64,000 nucleotides of DNA, from contig JAAWDZ010000025.1 in the NCBI GenBank assembly GCA_022794015.1, positions 1,249 through 65,248 on the forward strand. The letters are read 5' to 3'. Below, piece by piece: positions 28,688-37,372 of this stretch. A model generated the notes under the pieces. The model saw only the letters and a program-made list of their open reading frames with translations. It was not told the DNA's origin and searched no databases. This DNA is from Eubacterium sp. GTDB taxonomy: Bacteria; Bacillota; Clostridia; Lachnospirales; Lachnospiraceae. The number at the start of each line of letters is the position of its first letter. Position 1 is the first letter of the stretch. The position numbers and the translations under genes are program-made.

Positions 28688-29905
28688 ATGCAGATGTTAA
28701 CATTAGACAAGTTTGAAGAAGCCAGCGAGAAAGTCAGCGAGGTTACGCTTGAGACAAAACTGGTATACAGCAATTATCTGAGCAGTCATACCGGAAACAA
28801 GGTGTATTTGAAACCGGAAAATATGCAGTTTACAGGAGCTTATAAGGTACGTGGGGCATATTATAAGATCAGTACGCTTTCCGAAGAGGAACGTGCGCGG
28901 GGACTGATTACTGCATCTGCTGGCAATCATGCGCAGGGTGTGGCGTATGCGGCGAAATGTTATGGTGTAAAGGCTGTAATTGTGATGCCGACGACGACGC
29001 CTTTGATTAAAGTCAACCGCACGAAAAGCTATGGCGCCCAGGTTGTTTTATACGGAGATGTGTATGACGAGGCGTGCGCCTATGCGTACGAGCTGGCAGA
29101 GAAGGACGGCTATACGTTTATTCATCCGTTTGATGACCTTGCGGTTGCAACCGGACAGGGCACCATTGCGATGGAGATTTTTAAAGAACTGCCGTTAGTC
29201 GAGTATATTTTGGTGCCGATTGGAGGAGGCGGACTGGCGACGGGAGTTTCGGTACTGGCGAAGTTTTTAAATCCAAATATTAAAGTAATCGGCGTGGAGC
29301 CGGCAGGTGCAGGCTGTATGAAAGCGTCCTTTGAAGCGGGAGAGGTCACAACCCTGACACAGGTCAATACGATTGCAGACGGTACGGCAGTGAAAACGCC
29401 GGGTGAGAAAATTTTTCCGTATATCAGGGAGAATCTGGACGACATCATTACGGTTGAGGACGATGAACTGGTCGTGGCTTTTTTAGATATGGTGGAAAAT
29501 CATAAGATGGTGATTGAAAATTCCGGGCTTTTGACGGTTGCGGCCCTGAAGCACCTGAATGTTAAGGGAAAACGGGTAGTGTCCATTTTAAGCGGCGGAA
29601 ATATGGATATTATTACAATGTCTTCTGTTGTACAGCAGGGGCTTATTCTGCGTGACAGAATTTTTACAGTATCTGTGCTTTTACCGGATAAGCCGGGCGA
29701 ACTGTCAAAAGTGGCGGATACGATAGCGAAGACGCAGGGAAACGTCATTAAGCTGGAGCATAACCAGTTTGTCAGCATTAACCGGAATACGGCGGTGGAG
29801 CTTCGGATTACAATGGAATGTTTTGGGACGGAGCACAAGCGTCAGATTATAAAGGCCCTTGAAAAGGAGCAATATAAGCCGAAGCAGGTGCGGACGAGCC
29901 TGTAA
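28688..29905 (+). CDS. ilvA: Threonine ammonia-lyase with a C-terminal ACT domain
   Basis: KPENMQFTGAYKVRGA, ASAGNHAQG, PIGGGGL, LPDKPGEL. Confidence 0.93.
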   Translation: MQMLTLDKFEEASEKVSEVTLETKLVYSNYLSSHTGNKVYLKPENMQFTGAYKVRGAYYKISTLSEEERARGLITASAGNHAQGVAYAAKCYGVKAVIVMPTTTPLIKVNRTKSYGAQVVLYGDVYDEACAYAYELAEKDGYTFIHPFDDLAVATGQGTIAMEIFKELPLVEYILVPIGGGGLATGVSVLAKFLNPNIKVIGVEPAGAGCMKASFEAGEVTTLTQVNTIADGTAVKTPGEKIFPYIRENLDDIITVEDDELVVAFLDMVENHKMVIENSGLLTVAALKHLNVKGKRVVSILSGGNMDIITMSSVVQQGLILRDRIFTVSVLLPDKPGELSKVADTIAKTQGNVIKLEHNQFVSINRNTAVELRITMECFGTEHKRQIIKALEKEQYKPKQVRTSL

Positions 29906-29916
29906 CAGATATAGAG

Positions 29917-30258
29917 TTGGGAACCTGTCGGAATGAGCGGAGGATGATAAAAACACGAAAAAAGCAAAAGGAGATTCAGGCGGTGATGGGTGATTTACAG
30001 AAGATACCGGGAGTCGGTAAAAATATGGAGCAGCATCTGAATAATATTGGGATTCGATGTATTGAAGATTTAAAAGGAAAGGATCCAGAGGAATTATACC
30101 AGTTAGATTGCCTTCAAAAAGGCTTCAGGGATGATATGTGCGTACTGTATGTATATCGCTGTGCAGTATATTATGCAGAACACAAAGAGCACGAACCTGA
30201 GAAGCTGAAATGGTGGTACTGGAAGGATAAGGAATATCCTTTAAAACAGGAGATGTGA
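29917..30258 (+). CDS. Helix-hairpin-helix protein (Cdd1-like); start uncertain, possibly 29985
   Basis: DLQKIPGVGK...DLKGKDPEELY...CVLYVYRCAVYYA...KWWYWKD. Confidence 0.75.
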   Translation: MGTCRNERRMIKTRKKQKEIQAVMGDLQKIPGVGKNMEQHLNNIGIRCIEDLKGKDPEELYQLDCLQKGFRDDMCVLYVYRCAVYYAEHKEHEPEKLKWWYWKDKEYPLKQEM

Positions 30259-30280
30259 AATTGTAATAGTTGTTTGTTTT

Positions 30281-30452
30281 TTGTGCAAAATTCACAAAAC
30301 ATGTCCTGCTTAATTTTGCGAATTTTCACAAAATTTATTTCCTCTTCAAAAAAATTACTGACAAATACAGTGAAAAAGTGGTAAAATATATACGACAGAA
30401 GGACTATGTGAAATCCGTTACGCTCACATGAGTGCAGCGGATTTTACTTTTT
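30281..30452 (+). promoter_or_regulatory. carD upstream region: two palindromes, a promoter and a leader terminator-like hairpin
   Basis: TTGTGCAAAATTCACAA (30281) and TTTTGCGAATTTTCACAAAA (30314); CTGACA-N18-TAAAAT with TG; hairpin 30408-30446 followed by T6. Confidence 0.55.
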
Positions 30453-30490
30453 TACAGACAGTCGTAATTGTATAGAGAGGAGGAGAAATT

Positions 30491-30991
30491 GTGTTTGAAA
30501 TAGGAGAATACATTGTCTACGGAAATACCGGTGTGTGCAGGGTGGAAGAAGTGACAAAGATGCCGGTACCAGGAACCAGAGATGACAAACTGTATTATGC
30601 GTTAGAGCCTGTATACCGAAAAGGCTGCCGGGTATTCACGCCTGTAGACAACCAGAAAGTAAAAATGCGTCCCGTACTGACCCAGCAGGAAGCGGACGAT
30701 CTGATCGGACGGATTAAAGAAATTGATATTTTGTGGGTAAAAGACGAGAAAAACCGGGAGCAGATATACAAAGATGCAATTCGCACCTGCAATTGTGAAG
30801 AGTTAGTTAAAATTATTAAAACACTTTATCTTCGGAAAGAGAAAAGGCTTGCTGCCGGCAAGAAAGTGACCAGCAGTGATGCCAGATATCTGCATTTGGC
30901 AGAAGAAAGCCTTTACGGCGAGCTTTCTGTCGTTATGGGAATTCCGAAGGATGAGATGGAAGCATTTATTTATAACAGAGTGAAAGAATAA
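30491..30991 (+). CDS. CarD-family transcriptional regulator
   Basis: MFEIGEYIVYGNTGVCRV N-terminus; LYGELSVVMG C-terminus. Confidence 0.9.
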   Translation: MFEIGEYIVYGNTGVCRVEEVTKMPVPGTRDDKLYYALEPVYRKGCRVFTPVDNQKVKMRPVLTQQEADDLIGRIKEIDILWVKDEKNREQIYKDAIRTCNCEELVKIIKTLYLRKEKRLAAGKKVTSSDARYLHLAEESLYGELSVVMGIPKDEMEAFIYNRVKE

Positions 30992-31000
30992 AATAACAGG

Positions 31001-31029
31001 TTGCAGGATACGTGTTGTTATGGTACAAT
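31001..31029 (+). promoter_or_regulatory. Sigma-A promoter of the folT leader
   Basis: TTGCAG-N17-TACAAT with an extended TG. Confidence 0.7.
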
Positions 31030-31048
31030 ACTTCCTGTCGAAAATAAA

Positions 31049-31159
31049 AGCAGAGTAGGATTTGGTGCGTTAAGTGTCATATGGACGGGGAGTTGCCATA
31101 TGAACGAAAAGCCGGCAGATGTCTGTCAGTCTTGCGGTACCAGGTCCGCATCCCGCTGT
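31049..31159 (+). ncRNA. THF riboswitch aptamer
   Basis: GCAGAGTAG...GCGTTAAGTG...GGACGGGGAGTTGCC...ACGAAAAG...CTTGCGG...CGCATCCCGCTG matches the THF riboswitch consensus as recalled; it lies upstream of folT. Confidence 0.92.
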
Positions 31160-31246
31160 GAAATAGAGAGAGGTGGTTTGCCCCTTTGGCGGTAGCATTT
31201 ACGATCGACAATACAGATCCGTGCTACGGAAGAAAGGAGGTAAGCC

Positions 31247-31744
31247 ATGCATACAAAGATGAGCGCAAAATCAGTTTCCGCTGTCGGAATTTTAGTTGCC
31301 ATGGAGATTATTCTGGCCCGTTTTTCCATACATACATGGAATTTGAAAATCGGGTTCAGCTTCGTCCCAATTGTTGTGGCAGCTATTTTTTATGGGCCGA
31401 TTGCGGGCGGATTGGTCGGAGCAATCGGTGATGTGATATCTGCAGTTTTGTTTCCAGTGGGAGCCTATTTCCCTGGTTTTACGCTGACAGCATTTTTGAC
31501 AGGCGCAGTATTCGGATGGTTTTTCCGGAAAAATGTGTCTGTTTTAAATGTAGTCTTTTCCGTGCTGATTGTGCAGGGAGTGATAAGTCAGGTATTGAAT
31601 ACATACTGGATTTCATTTTTATATGGAAGCCCGTATATGCCCTTGTTTATGACAAGGCTGTATCAGACAGCAGCCATGTGCGTGATACAGATTGCAGTGA
31701 TTCTTATTTTGGATAAAAAGCTGATATCCGTATTGAAAAAATAA
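31247..31744 (+). CDS. folT: Folate ECF transporter S component
   Basis: Hydrophobic 165 aa with KIGFSFVP, YGPIAGG and GAYFPGFTLTA; preceded by the THF riboswitch. Confidence 0.92.
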   Translation: MHTKMSAKSVSAVGILVAMEIILARFSIHTWNLKIGFSFVPIVVAAIFYGPIAGGLVGAIGDVISAVLFPVGAYFPGFTLTAFLTGAVFGWFFRKNVSVLNVVFSVLIVQGVISQVLNTYWISFLYGSPYMPLFMTRLYQTAAMCVIQIAVILILDKKLISVLKK

Positions 31745-31756
31745 CCCTGAGGACTG

Positions 31757-31789
31757 GAGCGTGTCAGAAAGTAATTTTCAAAAACGCTC
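31757..31789. repeat. Short palindrome (IS terminal-repeat-like remnant)
   Basis: GAGCGTGTCAGAAA-GTAA-TTTTCAAAAACGCTC; its right half recurs at 23329-23353. Confidence 0.5.
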
Positions 31790-31791
31790 TG

Positions 31792-31881
31792 ATGGGGCTG
31801 TCAGGAAAAAGCCAGGCATCCATAATATATCGTTTTAACCGGCAGTTTGTGTGGATCAATGTTATTTTCTGACAGCCCCAT
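31792..31881. mobile_element. Putative 90-bp MITE-like element
   Basis: Terminal inverted repeats ATGGGGCTGTCAG(G)AAAA / TTTTCTGACAGCCCCAT around a non-coding core. Confidence 0.45.
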
Positions 31882-31917
31882 AATGTACTTTTGGCCCCCT
31901 TTGTACCTGATTTTGCC

Positions 31918-32079
31918 GGAACTCTGTCCGGTCAGGAATCAGACATGCGTTTTGCATGGTTCGCGCCAGTGCCAGGCAAAATTTCGACGGCGATGCGGTG
32001 GCATCGTCTGGAAATCTTAACGACGAAATGGTGCGGAGCAGGCAGAGCACAGGTTTGATTTCTGACCGGATGGAGTTTC
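31918..32079 (+). ncRNA. 162-nt rod-shaped structured element (unassigned ncRNA or palindromic repeat)
   Basis: 27-bp closing stem with only Watson-Crick and G-U pairs, two further stems, a 12x13 internal loop and an apical hairpin. Confidence 0.55.
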
Positions 32080-32109
32080 AGAGTACGTCATAATTATTTG
32101 GAGGAAATC

Positions 32110-32961
32110 ATGGACATTAATTTACGAAAATTTCTGGGACAGAAAAAACGGATTGTAGTAAAGGTAGGCTCCTCTTCCTTACAGCATCCGGAAACCGGAA
32201 AACTTAATTTTTTGAAGGTGGAACGTCTGGTACGCGAGCTCTGCGATCTGAAAAACAGCGGCATGGACGTATGTCTGGTCAGCTCTGGGGCAATTGCAGT
32301 GGGAAGGACCTTTATGGGTATGGATAAACGGCCGCATACGATTGCCCGCAAACAGGCATGTGCAGCAGTCGGCCAGGCCAGGCTTATGATGACCTACCAG
32401 AAGATGTTTGCTGAGTACCATCAGATGGCAGGGCAGGTACTGATGACCAAAAATACAATGATAGACAATGTATCGCGGAAAAATGCGCAAAATACATTTG
32501 AAGAGCTGTTTCGTCTGGGTGTCATTCCCATTGTCAATGAGAATGATACGATTTCAACTTATGAAATGCAGTTCGGTGACAATGACACACTTTCTGCTAT
32601 TGTTGCAGCTCTCATTTCTGCTGATCTGCTGATTCTGTTATCTGATATTGACGGACTGTACACCGATGATCCGCGTGAAAATCCGGATGCCAGCCTGATC
32701 CGTGAGGTGGATACCATTGACGAACGGTATCTTTTTATGGCAAAAGAATCGACAGGGAGCGATGTGGGCACGGGCGGTATGGCGACGAAATTGTCTGCAG
32801 CCAGAATCGCGACAAAATCCGGGGCGGATATGATTATTGCGAATGCAAAGAATATGGGGATTTTACATCAGATTTTCGAAGGGGATTTTATCGGGACATT
32901 GTTCCACTCCAACTACGATGAAGATTTTTATATCAGTGATTATATTGAGGAGGTATTTTAA
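32110..32961 (+). CDS. proB: Glutamate 5-kinase (no PUA domain)
   Basis: VVKVGSSSL, VSSGAIAVG, NENDT, FGDNDTLSA, GTGGMATK. Confidence 0.96.
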   Translation: MDINLRKFLGQKKRIVVKVGSSSLQHPETGKLNFLKVERLVRELCDLKNSGMDVCLVSSGAIAVGRTFMGMDKRPHTIARKQACAAVGQARLMMTYQKMFAEYHQMAGQVLMTKNTMIDNVSRKNAQNTFEELFRLGVIPIVNENDTISTYEMQFGDNDTLSAIVAALISADLLILLSDIDGLYTDDPRENPDASLIREVDTIDERYLFMAKESTGSDVGTGGMATKLSAARIATKSGADMIIANAKNMGILHQIFEGDFIGTLFHSNYDEDFYISDYIEEVF

Positions 32962-33046
32962 ATATTTACACGTCCAGGAGTAAATTGTGGTTGTAAAAAA
33001 ATCTGTTCATGGGGTATAATCATACAGGGAAAGAGAGGGATCAGGG

Positions 33047-33268
33047 ATGAATCAGGAAAAAATAGATCGCATTAACGAACTGTACCGTAAGTCGAAAGCA
33101 GAGGGCCTGACAGAAGCAGAGCGTACGGAGCAGGACCTGCTGCGTAAGGAGTTTGTGGCGAATGTCAGAAACAATTTAAAAACGCAGCTTGACAATATAG
33201 ACATGCAGAATCCGGATGGTACTATTTACAATCTGGGTGAAAAATATGGAAACAAAACAGCAAATTAG
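33047..33268 (+). CDS. DUF896 (YnzC-like) protein
   Basis: KIDRINELYRKSKAEGLTEAERTEQ..LRKEF; own promoter TTGTAA-N17-TATAAT. Confidence 0.88.
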   Translation: MNQEKIDRINELYRKSKAEGLTEAERTEQDLLRKEFVANVRNNLKTQLDNIDMQNPDGTIYNLGEKYGNKTAN

Positions 33269-33842
33269 AGCATCGTGTCTTGCGGCGCGAAAAGGAATGG
33301 CACTAAATTTGCGCAGCCAGTATTCAGAGCAGATTTGTAAAAACCTGCAGGAATATTTTGCGGGGCAGAAAAAAGATTTGAAACGGCGCGGCGTATATGG
33401 ATATTATCCGTTTGGGGCGGAAGTGTCGTTGATCCGGCTGTATGTATGGCTGCTTGGGGAGGAAATCCCGTTAGCGTTCCCCAGGGTGTCTGGCGATACG
33501 ATGGAGTTTTATCGGATTGCTTCCATGGAGGAGTTTGAAAAAGGGGCGTTTGGAATCTATGAACCGGCCGTCGGCTGCCGGCTGGCAGGGCTTTGCGAGG
33601 CGGCGTGCCTTGTTCCGGGCAGTGTATTTGACCGGATGGGAAATCGGTATGGATATGGAAAGGGATATTATGATCGGTATTTTTTGCGCTGTTCGAATTT
33701 GTACCGTATTGGAATTGCGTATGAGATGCAGGTAAAGGAACGGATTCCTGCAGAAGGGCATGATATAAAGATGCAGGCTTTGGCGACAGAAAGGGGCATA
33801 TCTGTATTTGATCTGGATGATGCGATGCGTGATTGTCTGTGA
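33246..33842 (+). CDS. 5-formyltetrahydrofolate cyclo-ligase
   Basis: KQQIR N-terminus, LVPGSVFDRMGNRYGYGKGYYDRYF, HDIKM. Confidence 0.92.
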   Translation: METKQQIRASCLAARKGMALNLRSQYSEQICKNLQEYFAGQKKDLKRRGVYGYYPFGAEVSLIRLYVWLLGEEIPLAFPRVSGDTMEFYRIASMEEFEKGAFGIYEPAVGCRLAGLCEAACLVPGSVFDRMGNRYGYGKGYYDRYFLRCSNLYRIGIAYEMQVKERIPAEGHDIKMQALATERGISVFDLDDAMRDCL

Positions 33843-33917
33843 TTTGAAAAAACATGGGGAGCTGTTTATATGGGAACAGACATGCGAGAGAAATGGAATG
33901 GACAGGGAGGATGTAAG

Positions 33918-35171
33918 ATGGAATTATTAGAAATCTGTAAACAGGCAAAGGAAGTAAAGCAACAGATTGCGGCGCTTTCCACCAATCAGAAAAACGACGC
34001 GCTTTGTGCGGTTGCAGATAAGCTTGTGGCATGCAGGGAAATGCTTATCGAAGCGAATGTAATTGATTTGGAAAACGGCAGGAAGAACCAGATGCCGGAA
34101 GGGCTTTTAGACCGTCTCCTTCTGTCAGAAGCCAGAATCGGACAGATGGCCGAAGGACTGCGGCAGGTGGCGGGATTAGAGGATCCCATCGGCGAAGTGC
34201 TTTCCATGAAAAAACGTCCGAACGGTCTGATGATCGGGAAAAAACGCGTGCCGCTTGGGGTAATCGGGATCATTTACGAATCCCGCCCGAACGTGACGGC
34301 GGATGCCTTCGGCCTGTGCTTTAAAACGGGAAATGTTGTCATACTGCGCGGCGGAAAGGATGCGCTCCATTCCAATCAGGCAATTGTTTCCTGCATCCGG
34401 GAGGCTTTAGGGGAGCAGGGGCTGCCGAAGGAAGCGATTGCGTTGATTACGGATACCAGCCATGAAACGGCGCGGGAATTTATGCATATGAACGGATATG
34501 TAGACGTGCTGATTCCAAGGGGCGGCGCGGGCCTGATCCGGACCGTGGTGGAATACGCGACCATTCCGGTGATTGAAACAGGTACGGGGAACTGCCATAT
34601 TTATGTGGACGAAAGCGCTGATTTTGATATGGCGTCAGAGATTATTTTTAATGCGAAAACACAGCGGATCGGGGTCTGCAACGCCTGCGAATCTCTTTTA
34701 ATTCATGAGAAAATAGCGGCGGATTTTGTCCCTGTACTGGAAAAGCGGCTTGCCGAAAAGCAGGTGGAAATCCGCGGGGATGAGGCTGTTTTAAAGGCGT
34801 CTGTACCCGGAGCAAACGTTGTGCCTGCAGAGGAATCGGACTGGGGGACAGAATATCTGGATTATAAGGTTTCGGTGAAAACCGTGGCTTCCGTAGAGGA
34901 AGCGATTGCACATATCAACCGCTACAATACAGGACATTCGGATGCCATTATCACAAAGGATTATTTCCATGCAGAGAAATTTTTGAACGAAGTGGATGCG
35001 GCGGCAGTCTATGTGAATGCCAGCACACGGTTTACGGACGGGTTTGAGTTTGGGTTCGGCGCGGAAATTGGCATCAGTACGCAAAAGCTCCATGCAAGGG
35101 GGCCGATGGGACTTGCGGAGCTGACCAGCACGAAGTATGTGATTTATGGGGCGGGTCAGGTGAGGCCATGA
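33918..35171 (+). CDS. proA: Gamma-glutamyl phosphate reductase
   Basis: [42 protein letters not shown]. Confidence 0.97.
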   Translation: MELLEICKQAKEVKQQIAALSTNQKNDALCAVADKLVACREMLIEANVIDLENGRKNQMPEGLLDRLLLSEARIGQMAEGLRQVAGLEDPIGEVLSMKKRPNGLMIGKKRVPLGVIGIIYESRPNVTADAFGLCFKTGNVVILRGGKDALHSNQAIVSCIREALGEQGLPKEAIALITDTSHETAREFMHMNGYVDVLIPRGGAGLIRTVVEYATIPVIETGTGNCHIYVDESADFDMASEIIFNAKTQRIGVCNACESLLIHEKIAADFVPVLEKRLAEKQVEIRGDEAVLKASVPGANVVPAEESDWGTEYLDYKVSVKTVASVEEAIAHINRYNTGHSDAIITKDYFHAEKFLNEVDAAAVYVNASTRFTDGFEFGFGAEIGISTQKLHARGPMGLAELTSTKYVIYGAGQVRP

Positions 35172-35461
35172 CAAAACATAAGGACAGATTTCTCGAATGC
35201 AAAATTTGTATGGAGCGAAAACAATGATTCGTTGTATCAATCAGTTTCTATGGGGGAATTAAGAACGGCAGCGCTTGTCGAGAATGCCTGTGGCGCATCT
35301 GAACCTCAAATTTTTTCTGCGTCTCGAATCGCTTTAGACGATGATACAGCAGGCTATAGGCCACGGTTATTTACAGACGGAACGGATATTATCTGGAATG
35401 TTCCTATCGGGCCGGATATTTACTGGATTAAAAATGACACCGAGCAAAGGAGAAATCGAAC

Positions 35462-36937
35462 ATGTATCATGCAATACACTTAAACAACATCACCCTGCCC
35501 ACAGACACACCTCCGACAGAGGAACCTGCGCGCCAGTATTATTTTATGGAAATTGCCAAAATCTATGTACAGCGGCTGTCCGCTTTCAAGGGCTTTCCGT
35601 TAACATTCCATGTATCCACCTTCGGCTGCCAGATGAACGCGAGGGACTCCGAAAAGCTGACCGGGATACTCGAAGAAATCGGATACGAAAAAAACGATTC
35701 CGAGGAAGCGGATTTCGTTCTTTACAATACCTGTACCGTGCGCGAAAATGCCAACAACAAGGTATACGGCCGTCTGGGTTATCTAAACGGATTCCGGAAA
35801 AAAAATCCCTTCATGATGATTGGGCTCTGCGGCTGTATGATGCAGGAACCTGCCGTGGTGGAAAAAATCAAACAGAGCTACCGTTTTGTAAATCTGATTT
35901 TCGGTACGCATAATTTATATAAATTTGCAGAGCTTTTGGTTACAGCTTTTGAAAATACATTTGCAGCTCCCTCCCTGACCCGTCCTTCCATGACAATTGA
36001 TATCTGGGAGGATACGGATAAAATTGTGGAAAATTTGCCGAACGAACGGAAGTACCCGTTTAAATCCGGCGTCAATATCATGTTCGGCTGCAACAATTTC
36101 TGCAGCTACTGCATCGTGCCTTATGTGCGCGGGCGGGAGCGCAGCCGCGAGCCGAAGGATATTCTGCGGGAAATTGAAGCGCTGGCGGCGGACGGCGTGG
36201 TAGAAGTAATGCTGCTGGGCCAAAACGTCAATTCCTACGGCAAAAACTTAGAGAAACCCTGTACGTTTGCACAGCTTCTGCGTGAAGTGGCTCAGATTGA
36301 CGGAATAGAACGCATCCGTTTTATGACGTCCCATCCCAAGGACTTATCCGACGAATTGATCGCGGTTATGGCGCAGTCCAATAAAATCTGCAATCATCTG
36401 CATTTGCCCCTGCAGTCCGGCAGCACGAGGCTGCTTAAGATTATGAACCGCAAATATACGAAAGAACAGTATTTGAGCCTGGTTGAAAAAATGCGCGCCG
36501 CCATTCCGGATATTGCCATTACAACGGATATCATCGTGGGCTTTCCCGGAGAAACAGAAGAGGATTTTAATGAGACGATGGAGGTAGTATGCAGGGTGGG
36601 ATTTGACAGTGCGTTTACGTTCCTTTATTCCAAACGAACCGGGACTCCGGCAGCGGTAATGGAAGAACAGGTGCCTGAAGAAACTGCGAAGGAGAGATTT
36701 GACCGTCTGCTGTATAAAGTGCAGGAAATCGCGTCAAAGAAAGCTATGCAGTACGAGGGCACGGTGCAGAAGGTTTTAGTAGAGCAAATCAACGAACACA
36801 ACGGAGCTCTTGTAACAGGGCGGATGGATAACAATTCTATTGTCCATTTTCCCGGAACAGAGGATATGATTGGCAAAATCATAGACGTGTATCTGGAAGA
36901 ATGCAGAGGATTTTATTATTTCGGAAAGGCCAGGTAA
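35462..36937 (+). CDS. miaB: tRNA ms2i6A37 methylthiotransferase
   Basis: TFGCQMN, NTCTVRE, radical-SAM CNNFCSYC, C-terminal TRAM domain. Confidence 0.96.
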   Translation: MYHAIHLNNITLPTDTPPTEEPARQYYFMEIAKIYVQRLSAFKGFPLTFHVSTFGCQMNARDSEKLTGILEEIGYEKNDSEEADFVLYNTCTVRENANNKVYGRLGYLNGFRKKNPFMMIGLCGCMMQEPAVVEKIKQSYRFVNLIFGTHNLYKFAELLVTAFENTFAAPSLTRPSMTIDIWEDTDKIVENLPNERKYPFKSGVNIMFGCNNFCSYCIVPYVRGRERSREPKDILREIEALAADGVVEVMLLGQNVNSYGKNLEKPCTFAQLLREVAQIDGIERIRFMTSHPKDLSDELIAVMAQSNKICNHLHLPLQSGSTRLLKIMNRKYTKEQYLSLVEKMRAAIPDIAITTDIIVGFPGETEEDFNETMEVVCRVGFDSAFTFLYSKRTGTPAAVMEEQVPEETAKERFDRLLYKVQEIASKKAMQYEGTVQKVLVEQINEHNGALVTGRMDNNSIVHFPGTEDMIGKIIDVYLEECRGFYYFGKAR

Positions 36938-36942
36938 GCGTG

Positions 36943-37320
36943 ATGGAAAAGTGCTTTGGGAAAAGGGACGGCGTATTTCTTGGGGTGCTGTTTTTGGTAC
37001 TGCTTGCGGGAGCCGCCTGGTATTCTTTTTTCGGACGGGATGACGGCGCTGTGGTGGAGATTACAGTAGACGGAGAGCTGTATGGAAGCTATGCGCTTGA
37101 CAAAAATCAGACGGTTGATATTATCGTCGGAGAAACCAAAACGAATACGCTGGTCATACAAAACGGCATGGCGGACATGACGAAAGCAAGCTGTCCGGAT
37201 AAGCTCTGTGTACATCAGAAAGCCATTTCCCGGACCGGAGAAACGATTGTGTGTTTGCCAAACAGGGTTGTGGCAGAGATCAAGGGCAGCAGGCCTGCAG
37301 ATTTGGACGCGGTAACGTAA
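36943..37320 (+). CDS. NusG domain II-containing exported protein
   Basis: N-terminal TM; ASCPDKLCVHQ...IVCLPNRV. Confidence 0.88.
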   Translation: MEKCFGKRDGVFLGVLFLVLLAGAAWYSFFGRDDGAVVEITVDGELYGSYALDKNQTVDIIVGETKTNTLVIQNGMADMTKASCPDKLCVHQKAISRTGETIVCLPNRVVAEIKGSRPADLDAVT

Positions 37321-37372
37321 CGATGTGGATTTTTCATATGCAGCCGAAAAAGCGGCAGGGAAGGATGATGCC

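Noticed and set aside
31890-32100. Proline T-box leader for proB
   Set aside because: No T-box sequence (AAGGTGGNACC-like) and no terminator/antiterminator with a U-tract.
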